Positions 21,692 to 34,727 of a stretch of 64,000 bases of DNA are shown piece after piece. The stretch spans positions 96,250,171 through 96,314,170 of the forward strand of contig NC_068987.1 in NCBI RefSeq assembly GCF_001194135.2, given 5' to 3'. The translations under genes were made by a program, and so were the position numbers. The notes beneath the pieces are model-generated. The model searched no databases. It was not told the DNA's origin and saw only the letters and a list, made by a program, of their open reading frames with translations. Origin of the DNA: Octopus bimaculoides. Lineage: Eukaryota. The first letter of the stretch is position 1. Every line of letters begins with the position of its first letter.

Positions 21692-24600
21692 GTAAAAGAG
21701 ATGTTTTTTGCACTTTTCAGTAGATTCCTTTTTTTAGCTTTTATTCAGTTATTGTGCTTTAAAAATCAGTTGATTAATCAATACAGATAAGCTATAGCAG
21801 ACAGAACTTGTAATATTTATATTTCATTGCATTCAGTTTACATGCGATATAGCTAATAAAGCAAGTTGTTTGGGTTTTTTTTGTCTTGGTTAAATTGTGC
21901 AACAAGTTGCTGTACGAACGATAGCTCCTGAGCATACCCCTCCTCTTTATTAGTTTACTACTAGAAGGTAAGAGCTGATGATTCTCCTGGCCTCCGCTCA
22001 AACCACACTGAAAAAGATTCTCATCATCATCATCACAATCCCCACCACTATTATTATCACCACTGCTATGTGGTCTGTCGTCCTGCTAAAAATAGCAGTC
22101 AAATTCGTCTCGAACCCTCACTTTATCATCTTAGGAAATAGAAGGACATCTTGGATAAAGTAATCCTGGTTATATCATTTGAAGATAAGCTGGAACAGTC
22201 ATGGCTGGAGTGAGTTGTCTGCTTTATCAGAGCTACTCTGGAACTAAACAACAACAAAATCACCTTTGTGATGTTGTCATCATAATCACCAGGAGCATCA
22301 CCATAGACTCCTTCATTAATTCAATTGCCGCCATCCTTCTACTTGGTTTCGTTCATCTGTCTGTCAAGAATGGCTCTGCATTACTACAGCAAAAGCGAAG
22401 ATTTTCTGATGCCAGTAATAAATATAGTATACATTCATATTCATGTCCTCTCTTGAGCTCTCTTTCTAATTATGAATTACAAAGCACGGTCAGAATATTA
22501 GAATTTCTCTTGTGGCTCAATTCCTAATGGTGTGAGTTGGGACTGAAACTCATCACTGTAGGATAATGGAGCACCAAGTTTGCAATGCAACAGATCAACT
22601 GAAAGAAGCCAACTTCTTAGTCATTCCTCACCTATGTCCTATGGTAAAATTTGAGAAGAAAAATGTTGGAGGAAAATCTCTAGTTGTTATAGTTTTATCA
22701 GGGCAATTGTTAAGTCTTGACTTTACTCATCACCATCATCATCATTTAGCATCCTTTTTCCATGTTGGCATGGGTTAGATGTTTTGACTGGGACTGGTAA
22801 TCCGGAGAGCTGCACCAGGTTCCATTCTGATTTGACTTGGTTTCTACAGCTAGATGCCCTTCCTAATGGCAATCACTGCAAGAGTGTAATGGATACATTT
22901 TAAGTGCCACCAGGACGGGTGATTTCAAGTGTCACTTGCATGGGTATCTGTTAAGTGTCACCAGCACGGGTGCCTTTTATGTGTCACCAGCACTAGCCAT
23001 GACTATGATTTCACTTGGCTTGACACATCTTCTCAAGCACAGCAAAACACCAAAGGTCTCAATCACTTGTCATCGCTTCCATGACACTCAGCATCCAAAG
23101 ATCATGCTTCACCACCTCATCCCATGTCTTCCTGGGTCTGAAAAACTCATACTCTTTAACTGTTCATAAAGGTGTTATTATACATGAAAACAAGGAGTAT
23201 TTACATCTGTCTACTTACATAAAGTGTTAGCTAAAATTTATAGATATACTTTGTAGCGGTGCAGCTTCCTAGGTCTAAACAACAGTAGTATTATTCCCTT
23301 CAGGGGACTGTCACATTAAGTTGACAGCATACAACTACTTCAATGTATCACTACTGCATACATCTCTCTGAGAGATTTAGAAATGTATTATTTCTAAAGT
23401 CAAAGTAATTTAATGGAAATTAATTTGAAATCACATCATTTAAAACCAAAATTTAAAATTCCGCAAGAACTTTCTTGACAACCTAATAATTTGGATGTCA
23501 GTCTTTAGTGTTATTCCTTTGAATTAATGGCTTAAGGTACTCAACACATCACTATAATTCCATATAAATAAAGAAATAAAACATTGAATGAACTTGAGAA
23601 ATTGTTTAAGGAAATTTGAAACCACTTGATTGCTAATTTTTAAATATTATATGATTAAAATATTAAAGCAAAAGAATTTTTTTTCTCTCAATATTTCAGC
23701 GTCTACAGATGAGTCACCGGAGTTGTCTGAATCTCAAGAAATAAGTCTTGAGAAGCTAACTTATGGGTGTGTTGAAGAAATCCTTGCAAGGGCTCTTAAG
23801 CATGTTCAAGAAACACAATGTCCCAGTTGTAATACCTACATTGACCCAGATTTAAGCTCAACAGGACAATGTCAGAATTGCGAAACATTAATTGATGAGT
23901 TGGTTGGATACACTATAGAAACTGCCAAGGAAAATCTAATGGCTGAAAGTGGTCGAGATTATGTTTTCAATGAATATGGTCCACCAAAAAATATTATCTG
24001 GTTCAATATTGACCAGTATTCAACTGATATGGCATTGAGAAAGATTGACCAATACATCAGGGTAAAGCTTTTTATTTGCTTTTTTATAATGAAGAACTGC
24101 CATTATTGGTGTCAGTTGTGAGTTGCTCCATTGGACAGAATGTGCATGACTCAAATCTTCTCATAAAATGTAATTTAATCACTTTCTAAGTGTGAAGGGT
24201 CTTTAAAAACCTACTGCTAATAATTTGTTGGTTCATATCTTGCCAATGGCACTGTGTTGTGTCTGTGTCCAAGACAACTCTGAAACTGTTTAGTCCACCT
24301 TTCTCTTGTTAGATGGTGTTAAGTGAGTGACAAATAAATATCTCCCTGGTCTATTGTCAGTAACATTTTCAGTTATTTTCAAAATCTGGGTTAATGTAGA
24401 ATAAAGTATTCTGGTCAGAAGCATAGTAAAACATCTGCAGTAGATTTGAATTCATGAACCATTTCTTTGATACTTTATTTTCTGTGTGTGTGTGTGTGTA
24501 TGTGTGTAAACATATATTAATGTTTATTTTTATATTCAGTTATTATAAAAACAATTTTACATTAATCTGGTGGTTTACTCTATACTTTATCCTTAAATAA

Positions 24601-24753
24601 GAATGTTGCTGACAATGACTTCAAAGTTTCAACCAGCTGAGCCATAGTGAAACTGGAGCCCAGTGAAGGGTTAGCTGGGTGAAATTTCAAAGTCACTGTC
24701 AACAACATTCTTGTTTTAAGAAAATTAAATATATATATATACTTATACATACA

Positions 24754-24788
<35 letters not shown>

Positions 24789-27700
24789 ATATATATATCA
24801 TCATCATCATCATCATCATCATTTAACATCCTCCTTCCATGCTGGCATGGGTTGAACAGTTTTACAGGAGCTGGCCAGGCAGGAGAGCCTGCACCTGAGT
24901 GAGTTTTGGCACGGTTTTTATGGCTGGATGCCCTTCTTAACACCAGCCACTATTAGAGCAGCCTGAAGTAACATTATTAATGAGAAACAATAACAGGTAT
25001 AGGGAATGTATGTTATGAAAGCAGGTGCCATACCAAGACAATATTGTTGGTGGGTCCTTGATATAGTGAATAGAATGCTATGTATCTTCTGCATGTGGCT
25101 ATGAAAATCCACACAAGTTGATACTGTTATGTATGCCTACAATATTATTTCAGTATTGCACCAGCTTGCATAATATGCATTGTTTACATCAAACATTCAT
25201 CAACCAGTTGAAACATCTGTAAATCTATGCTTTAATTATATCATGTAAATTGCGTATACAACTTTTCATATAAATACATTCTTTATGCCAGTTATAGTTT
25301 GTCTGTCTTTCTATTTGCTAGAAAAAACACTGGTATTGCATAGTTCATTAAATTTGTTGTCTAATTTTCTCATGCAGGCATCTGTTTTTGATATAACGAA
25401 CATATTTAATTTATCTGGCTTGGTGGTGGTGTTGTAAGTACAATGAGAGCAGCCCACAGTTACATTATTAAAAGGGAACTTCTAGTAATGTGATAGTCGA
25501 TTTTAATTCTTTCAGAACATAAGCATACACATCATTGTTGTTGCTCTTTTGGATTCTTTGCTTCCATTGTGTAACCCCCAAGTCACTCCTGATTGAGCAA
25601 ACCTGCAAACAAAAGGCCTTCCAGTCATTACCAACACAATATTTTCTTGTATCCACGACTATGTTGCATTGTCTAATATATCCAACATGGTTCAAATCAG
25701 TTATGCATTTTGCAAAGACCTGTTTAACTGAATGAGTACATCTGTTATTCAGTTTCAAACAACCACTAGTATCTCTGTCAGTCCTGCCTGTCTCTCTCTC
25801 TTTATCTATGTCTTTTTCTTCATACATGTCTCTCATTCTCTGTCTCTCTTTATTCTACTATTCCAGACAGTGTCAAAGAGAGACAGAAAAAAAAGAAAAA
25901 TTAAAAAGAGACTGCAAGGGAAAAAACTACAGAGATTTTGACATCAGCAAACGTATTTTAGAATCTTTCATTAACTCACAACATATTCTTCACCAGCTTT
26001 CTGTCTTTCAACGTTTTTGCTAATACTATTCCTTTTCAAATTTCTGACATTCTTCTGATCCTTTCTTGACAAATGGTAGGATGTGGTTTGAAAGAGATTT
26101 CACTGTTACTTCTCAAAATAAATTTTATACAAATCTTCCTTATGAGATGAGAAATAATCTACTATAATAATACTCTTGTATTTTTCTCTGTCACAACGCA
26201 TGAATGAGAAAGGAAGGGGTGATGGCAAACTGGTAGAGGGAGTGTTTCAACTCTGTGTGAGTATATGTGTAAGTATGTAAAAGGGAGGTATGTGAATGTG
26301 TGTGTGTGTGTGTGTGTGAAAGAGAGAGAGAGAGAGAGAGTGTGTGCAATGAAAGTGGGATGGTGAACATTGAACACTGAAAAATGTGAATGTCTGTATG
26401 TGTGAACCAGCATTTTTTCAGTTACAAATGATCAATGTCACATCTCAAAAGACAACTAGATAACCTTGACAAGTGAATTAATTTGATTTACCATCCATAT
26501 TTATATATAAAATACTACAATTAGCCAACGTTTTTGATGGCATGGAGCCAGCTAGTAATAATATATATATGGCTTTGAAGATATTTGTTTTCAGGATGCT
26601 GAATAAAAGAAAGACACACACACACACACACACAAACACTTAATATCATATATATATGTATGATGGATAATAAAATGAATGGTTTACACCTGGTAGCTTA
26701 TTGGTAAAGCACGGTCACTTTCACAGTGATCATTATGTATATGGTAAATGAAAGACAGAAGATGGAATATAAAAGAATTTATTATTAATCACGACAATTG
26801 TTTCAACACATTTAGCATCGATTCCTCATGGGTTGGAGCATCCAGCGGTGCAGATGTATCTTGTCAGGTGAAAATTAAATACAACTCGTTAAAATAACAG
26901 TTCTGCAATGTAACTTGCTGATTCCGTGTTCGTTTCCATTTTGTCATCTGTGATTTTATTTTTGATCTTCTATATAAATGAAGATATTTCCACTGTCTGG
27001 CTGCTTTTCTTTCTACAAAACGGGAAGTTACATTGTGGAACTGTTATTTCAATGAGTTGTATTTATTTATCACCCAACAAAATACATCTGCACCGCTGGA
27101 TGCTCCTGAACCAGCTGTTGAGTGTCCCACCCATGAGGATTCGATGCTAGATGTGTCGAAACAATTGTTGTGATTAATAATAAATTCTTGTATATTCTAT
27201 CTTCCATCTTTCATTTGTCATATATATCATCATCATCATCATCATTGTTTAATGTCCGCTTTCCATGCTAGCATGGGTTGGACGATTTGACTGAGGACTG
27301 GCAAGCCAGAAGGCTGCACCAGGCTTCACTCTGATCTGGCAGAATTTCTACAGTTGGATGCCTTTCCTAACGCCAACCATTCGAAGAGTGTAGTGGGTGC
27401 TTTTACGTGCCACTGGCACAAGGGCCAGTCACACGGTACTGGCAACAGCCTCGCTCAAAAAGGTGTTTTTTATGTGCCACCTGCACGGGAGCCAGTCCAG
27501 CGGCACTGACAATGACCTCACTCGAATGATTTTCTAACATGCCACCAGCACAAGTTCTAGAAGGCGACGCTGGTAACGATTACGCTCAAATGGTGCTATT
27601 TACAGACCACTAGCACGGAAGCCAGACAGCTGCTCTGACAATGAACACGCTCGGACAGTGCTGTTAATGCTCCACTGGCGCAGGTGCCAGTCATCGAATA

Positions 27701-30700
27701 TGGTTTATGTATATATATATATATATGAGTGGTTGGCGTTAGGAAGGGCATCCAGCTGTAGAAACTCTGCCAAATCAGACTGGAGCCTGGTGTTGCCATC
27801 CGGTTTCACCGGTCCTCAGTCAAATCGTCCAACCCATGCTAGCATGGAAAGCGGACGTTAAACGATGATGATGATGATGATGATACACACACACACATGC
27901 ACTTAGACATACACATAAGCATACACACACACAGATGTGACTGGGTCAAATTTAGTTCTTTTTAAATCTTACATTCCTTAAATACTGATTTGTGCAACAT
28001 GAATATATAGGAGTACTTATATATCATCTATAAGCCATTTTTTAATTATATAGATGCAATTGCAAGTTTGCTCAGACTTAACTATAAAAGTCATTATGCT
28101 TTTCTAACTATTCCCTTACATCCGTGGTAGGATTTGAATTCTGAACTGCAAACTTAGTGAATCATTTAACAACTACACAGTGATTCTGCATCTAAGTATG
28201 GTACTATTTCTAGCTAGCTCATTCCTACAAATTAATATACTCCTGGATTTTACAGTATAACCATTCCTTACATTAACCTACTCTGTAAAATTCATAAACA
28301 GCCAGATGGACTGAGCAATCTGCAAATTCGTTTCGTTGGCTACCAACTGTGTACAGTGTCGCTTATAGTATATAATCTCATGCAACTTATGATTACCTAA
28401 AGGATTCGTTTTCCAGTTATTTTTGAAGGTTAATGATTCCCGGCAATCAGAAAGTTGTCTCTCCATTGAAATTTTTTCTAAGGGAGAGAACTAGGATAAC
28501 TACATAATGGTCATTTGAAATATATGGTGGTGGTAGTGGTGGGGGTCACATCACAAGGGAGGTCACTGTGCCATGTCACTTTACAGTGTAAATAACTGCT
28601 TATGTTCACAATGTATAAGGTTATGATTCTAATGTGCAGTCTGAATAATATACATATGTTTTAAATATCTTTTTCATAGCCAAAGTAATGCAAGTTATAG
28701 AAATACTAATAATATGGGTCATTGATTAGCTCTGGTCCTAACCCTGAAATATTGAAATACCAGGTAATAATACTAACCATCAATTTGTGTTAATTTTTTT
28801 TTATAACTTGCATTGTATTGGCTTAAAAATAAAAAGATATTTCAAAAATATTTATATATCAGACAATGCGTCACGAAAACCATACTATTCTGTTATATAT
28901 GTATGAACGTATGCATGTATGATTTTATGTCAATTTATTTATTAAAAAACCCCCATTCAACTGAAAGATTAGTCAATAATTTTTAGTAAAGTATATATTT
29001 AGTAACTTAGTCAACATTACTATATTACTAGTGTTATAAAATATTCAAAATAACCCTCAATAGGATTTGAGCCCCAAACAGAAACAAAAAAATTACATTA
29101 ACCTTATATAGTAAAACAGATTGGTGTTTCATCAGTTTTGTCAACTCACAACTTATATGTTTCTAGTTATCTTAATTTTTTTTGTTATTCTGTCTTTACT
29201 CATTTCTTCAGACATGGGAATTTCATCCAAGTTGGTTATACTGCATCGACTATATTGCAACAGAAGAATTTGAATTTGATAACTACCACAAGTTTCGTGT
29301 TCGCTGGAGTATTCCAACTCAGTGTAAGCCAATTCCTCGTGGAACTGTTTGCATTTATTTCACCTTCCGTGTTTCAAAGATTAAGCCAAAAGTATGTGTT
29401 TAAATTATGTTCATTTTCAAAAAATTATGTTTGGTTAAAAAAACTGTTTCACATCCAATATTGGTGTGTTTATTATTTTCTGTTTGTTGTTTTGTTGTAG
29501 TTGTATACTTTGGTATTTTCCTATTAAAACTTTGAATAAACAATGAAGTTTTTATATGCACTTCAGTTGACAAAAAGCCATAAGTAAAGATAAAGGTACC
29601 TTACTATATGCATCATATTGTTGATGTTAGTTGAGAAAAATTTGAACATTATGAAGGAACTATTCCTCAAACAAAATTGAATAAAATTCTGGAAGAATTC
29701 TATTCTCAGACCTTTATTAAGATTTACTCATACATCTTATTAGCAATGTGTTACAATTCCCTGAGCCTGATACAAAGAACAAGTTATCATCTTGATCATA
29801 TACCTGTTATGTTGCTCAATTTGCTACCTTTTCCTAACCCTTGAGTGCCATTAACAGCATTCATTCTATTGCAAGCATTCAGATTAGGTACCTTGCTCAA
29901 AGAAAGAAGATAATATGGAGTAGAATAAGCAATCCAGTTGGTTTGCATCTAAGTCTTGATAACCACAATGGTGTAAGCAAAACAAGAGTACAGAATAGTT
30001 TGAAATTGTGTCTTTCTTATAAGTAGATTGAATTAGACAGTATAGGAAAACAACAGAACCCTTTTGTACTCACGTCCTTCTAGTAGCTGGACCAAGACAT
30101 TAAAGTAACTGCAACACAACATAACAAGCTTAATGGTTCCCTTCTATGAAGATTAATCCAAGCAATGAATGAGTACAGTACAGATAGTGTTTGAACTCAT
30201 GTCCTTCTATTAATTATAACAAGAAAATGACAGTAGGAGTGTAGTGCAATACAATTTAAACATGTACCCTTATTATAAGTAGGGTAAGGTTATTGTTGCT
30301 TGGCCCCCTGTCAACCCTGATCAAGTCAATCTATGGTTGTAGTGTTCTAGTTAGAAACACTCTCTTTACATTCAGTGTGTACTCTGGATTACATTATTCA
30401 ATATGTCCTTTGAGTGAGATCATCATCCTCATTATCATTTAAAGTCCAAGTTCCATGCTAGCATGGGTTGGACAGGTTGATAGGACACAGTGTGTCTAAG
30501 GACTGCATTGTCCTCCAATGTCTGCTTTGGAATGGTTTTTACAGCTGGAAGCCCTTCCTAATGCTAACCACATTATAATGTATACTGGGTACTTCTTTTG
30601 TGCCACCTGCACTAATGAGCTACTATGCATCTTGCAAGACTACAAACCCAAGAGAGATAGAGCTAATATTTTTAGCAGCTGGAGCAAGTACATACAGGCT

Positions 30701-31930
30701 CCCTTGTTTGCTCAGTAGATGAGAACAATGTAATAAAACTTACAGTACAGCAGCACAATAAGTTTGAACTTTTGTCCTTTATGCCAATAATAACAAATAT
30801 TAAGAATTGTTAGCATGCCGGGCAAAATGCTTAGCAGCATTTCGTCTGTGTTTACATTCTGGGTTCAAATTCTACCAAGGTCAACTTTGCCTTTCATCCT
30901 TACAATGTTGATAAAATAAGTGCTAGTTGAGCACTGTGGTCAATGTAATTAACTTACCCACTCCTCCAAAATTGCTGGTCTTGTGCCAGATTTTGAAACC
31001 AATAATAACAAGTGCCTTAACTAATCTGAGATGGCTGAAACATTAAAGCTTTGTAATTCTTCATTTTAGAACTATCCAGTTGAAGTATCTTTTGTTATAG
31101 AGACCAACCAACTAATTCATAGGTAAGAGTTTACCTTCACATCTTTCTTCATTTCTTACTTTTATTTTCTTCTTCTTCTCTTATTGTCCTCATACAGTTG
31201 CTATTTCCTATGCTAATCATTCAATTGTAAAGTGAGAACTCTACATATAATATTTGTTGTGGCTACGCCTATGCCATGACAATTACTTGTAAAAACCTTG
31301 ATTATATTTTACTAAACTCAAGGGGTCAGATATTGAGCTGCTTTTCAAATACTATTTCTCATTGTAAATGTCCAACACACAGTCACATATTATTCAGCAC
31401 TCCCTTCACCATGAACTCTGTAGTAGTACTTCAGGATAGCTGACTGGTCAGAGTGCCACCAATTTTATACCACTTACCTCCAGTAGCACATGTATTTCAC
31501 TTTTGACCCATCAAAAACAGCTAGGTGGATGACTGAATCTATTTTTTTCAGGCACGCCCTTTCACATCTCTCAGCTCAGCTCACATATCTCAATTTAAAT
31601 TATTGTAATGACAAGTGGTCAGCATATTTTGTGCTAAGTTACAAAGGGGTCTTAGGAAAAATTTGTAGCTAACATAACACTCAAGGCTGGATTTAGGATT
31701 ATATAATAGTAAATTCTAGTATATTTGATAATATCATGAGGTATTTTTTATATGTGATATTTTTGTTTAATTAAGTTTGTATTTTTCTGTTAGTAGAGAT
31801 TTTCATCCATACATATGTATGTACATACATTCAACATCATCATCATTAAATGTCCATGTTCCAGCACCTGTTAAACTGTGCACCTTATACCACCATGATA
31901 ATGGAATTTAAATAATAATAATAATGAAGA

Positions 31931-31966
<36 letters not shown>

Positions 31967-32819
31967 GGGCCCTAGACAAGCTTAAGCTAAGAATTAAGGT
32001 TGTAGAAAGGCCAGGTACCTTTATCAAATCCTTAATCAGTAGAACTTACCCTTTTAATAGAACCCCCTGTACTGATGGGAACTGTATTGTATGTAGATTC
32101 AGCCCACAAACAAAGTGTAAAGTTAGGAATGTAGTCTATAGAATAAAATGTACAGAGGGACGGTGCAGAAACAAGACAATGACATACGTAGGGGAGACAG
32201 CATGGAGCATAGGAGAGCAGGTAAATGAGCATTGAAGGGAGCTCAAGGAAGAGAACTCATTGGTTCTATACCAACATGCTGAGTGGGAACACGGGGGCTC
32301 ACTCTACAACATAGAAGTTAATCCCTTTGGCAGTAATTAAAGCTTGAATTCTACATGTGTCCCTGTTTCTCTCCACTCTGTCTAAAAAATGTTTACTGTA
32401 ATTTGTTTGGTAGAAATTATATTAGGATTGCTGGGAGGCTGGTTTTGCTGTCTGGAGTGTTGGCGAGGTGGCTGAGTTCCTTTTGAGCGTTGGGCCTCGT
32501 GGAGGCAAAGTGGCTGAGTTTCTTTCGAGTTTTGGGCTTCACGGAGGCGAGGTGCCTGAGTTCCTTTCGAACAGGCCTTACGTATGTAAACCATAGTCAT
32601 CATCAGTGAGTGGCAGAAATGGCAGGGCAATGGATATATGCTTTGCAGTTAGTATTTAGTTCAGTACTTTTTTATGTTTTAGTTTAAATCCCAAAATAGT
32701 TATCACTTATTTAAACTTCTTTCTTCTTCTTCTTCAGGCCTGGCAAAACTCGCTTTCGAGAAAAGTGGTTGAAGGATGTTATTGAAAGTAAAATAAAATA
32801 CAACTGTTTGAATTGTTAA
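21685..32819 (+). CDS. AKAP14: A-kinase anchor protein 14 (AKAP28 family)-like, 5 exons, 227 aa
   Basis: Exons 21685-21691, 23700-24061, 29212-29391, 31070-31122 and 32738-32819 splice in frame (684 nt including TAA). Motifs KNIIWFN..., TWEFHPSWLYCID, RVRWSIPTQCKPIPRGT, VSKIKPK, PVEVSFVIETNQLIHRPGKTRFREKWLKDVIESK are characteristic of the AKAP28 domain as I know it. Confidence 0.88.
23700..24061 (+). CDS. AKAP14: AKAP14-like exon 2
   Basis: TTTCAG acceptor; STDESPEL...EYGPPKNIIWFNIDQYSTDMALRKIDQYIR|GTAAAG. Confidence 0.88.
24592..24720. repeat. Imperfect inverted repeat, about 52-bp arms
   Basis: CTTAAATAAGAATGTTGCTGACAATGACTTC... versus ...AAAGTCACTGTCAACAACATTCTTGTTTTAAG. Confidence 0.8.
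26736..27226. repeat. About 490-bp fold-back element (arms about 180-200 bp) with hammerhead-like motifs
   Basis: 26736-26916 is the reverse complement of 27025-27226 apart from substitutions and a 22-bp indel. Confidence 0.88.
29212..29391 (+). CDS. AKAP14: AKAP14-like exon 3
   Basis: TTTCTTCAG|TWEFHPSWLYCIDY...FRVRWSIPTQCKPIPRGTVCIYFTFRVSKIKPK|GTATGT. Confidence 0.93.
31070..31122 (+). CDS. AKAP14: AKAP14-like exon 4
   Basis: TTTTAG|NYPVEVSFVIETNQLIH(R)|GTAAGA. Confidence 0.92.
31963..32340 (+). mobile_element. Penelope-like element GIY-YIG endonuclease fragment (pseudogenised)
   Basis: CTDGNCIVC...KCKVRNVVYRIKC...C...TYVGET..SIGEQVNEH*...LYQHAEWEHGG; contains an in-frame stop. Confidence 0.88.
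32462..32577. repeat. 42-bp GC-rich tandem repeat, about 2.8 units
   Basis: GGCGAGGTGGCTGAGTTCCTTTTGAGCGTTGGGCCTCGTGGA and variants at 32462, 32504 and 32546. Confidence 0.9.
32738..32819 (+). CDS. AKAP14: AKAP14-like exon 5 (stop)
   Basis: TCTTCAG|(R)PGKTRFREKWLKDVIESKIKYNCLNC*. Confidence 0.92.
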
Positions 32820-32972
32820 ACAATTAAAATATTTATACCAATGAATTAAAAGTGCGAAATGGTTACTGAGTTCTCTTGTTTATTTTTCTTTCTCTTTAAC
32901 TCATAAATAACTCATTATTACAGCAGATTGGGAAAATCAGTGAAACCTCATACCATATACTTTGCCACTTTA

Positions 32973-33116
32973 CAAGTTGGTATCAAAAAGTTCCTGGACT
33001 AGTTATGTTTAATAAGAAAATAACTTATTTACCTAAATTTTAACATCATCTCCTTTGAAATAGTCACCTTGTGCAGCAATACACCAGTTCCAGCATTCCT
33101 GCCACTTTTGGAATCA
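32973..33116 (-). mobile_element. Mariner family A, 3' terminal fragment
   Basis: Matches the reverse complement of 40140-40280. Confidence 0.8.
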
Positions 33117-34554
33117 CTTTTGGAAACAGACTATGCTGTGGTAGATATCATGAGAGAACTCTCATATAGGCTTTTGGTGCAAAATGCCTCTTGCTTATAT
33201 TGCTAGCGGGAAGGTAAAGCCCCACAACCTCCAGTGCTGAGACCATTAGGTCACATGATTTCAACCTTCTTTGGTCTTGTCAATTATGGACGCTTGACTG
33301 CTAGAGATAGCAGTGTCTCATCTCCCTGCCAGCGATATATAGAATAAGAGTGCTGGAACAGGTGCTGGTGTTGTGATTAGCCAGTGAGCTTCTTAAGAAA
33401 TATATATTAGTGACATGTGCAGTATTAATACTGAGGGGTAATATTTATCTCCACTTAAATGTGGATGTTCTGTTAGAACAAACTATACTGTGGTAGATGC
33501 CATGATGTATTTCTAAATACCAGGCAGAGCTGTGTGGTAAGAAGTTTGCTTCCCAACCACATGGTTCCAAGGTCAGTTCCACTGCATATATAATGTAAAT
33601 ATGTATATTTACATCAACCAAAGCTTTGCGAATGGATTTCGGTATGGAAACTGAAAGTAGCTGGTCATATTTATATCTATATGTGTGTGTTTCCACTACC
33701 CTGCTTGACAACTGGTGTTGGTTTGTTTACTACCTCATAACTTAGCAGTTTGGCAAAGGAAACCAACAGAACAAGTACACGACTTAAAAGCTAAGTACTG
33801 GAGGTGATTTGTTCAGTTAAACACTTCAAGGTGGTGCCCCAGCATGGCTGCAGTCCAATGAGTGAAACAAGTAAAAGAGCCCTAAAAAGAGTGGATGGTC
33901 TTGGTTGGAATGCCTTTGATCACTTGTCTACTTCATCATGGTTGGCCAAAAGTTAAGCTGTCACAACAACAATAAAAATAACAAGTTATCAGTGTAATTC
34001 CATTGAAAATTTACTTACGAAATGACAAATTTATATTGGTTGTAGTCAGGTGGTTGTGGCAGGTTTATGATGTCCGCAGAAAATTAGTAAAAAGATCTGA
34101 TATGGCAGTGGGGAGGGAATTCAGATGGAAAATCCAGAGCCCTTGTTGCTTTGATAAGTGGTACAGAAATGGGGAGGGGGAAAAGATTTTTATCTGGATA
34201 TGTTCAGGTTGGTCATTCACATTACTGTGTCTATATAAATGATCAGCGTTAAAATTGTAAAGATTTTTAGATTGAAATACAATGAACACTTTGCTGGAAA
34301 ACATCTTTTGATTCCAAAGCAAATAAGTCACTGAATGGTTTGGTTCCTGTCATTGGATTCACGATGCTTTTACTTCACTTAATTTCAAACCATACAAACA
34401 TATGCATATATATATATATATATATATATATCATATATATGATGTAAAATCTGTATATATGGAAACCTATATAGTAGAAATACAAACATAGCAAATTTAA
34501 CTATTTCTCTATAGACTAGAAAAAAAAATGAAGAACTGCTTTAATTGATTTTTT

Positions 34555-34690
34555 GGCACTATCATGCTATTAGCTGTCAGAAGTGAAAGTGCTCACTGCT
34601 AGTGAAGTATCTGTCTGTCTGCCTGCCTGTTGCTGGCCTGTCGATTCTTTGGCTACTGACAGCTANNNNNNNNNNCCGGAGCGAGCTATA

Positions 34691-34727
<37 letters not shown>

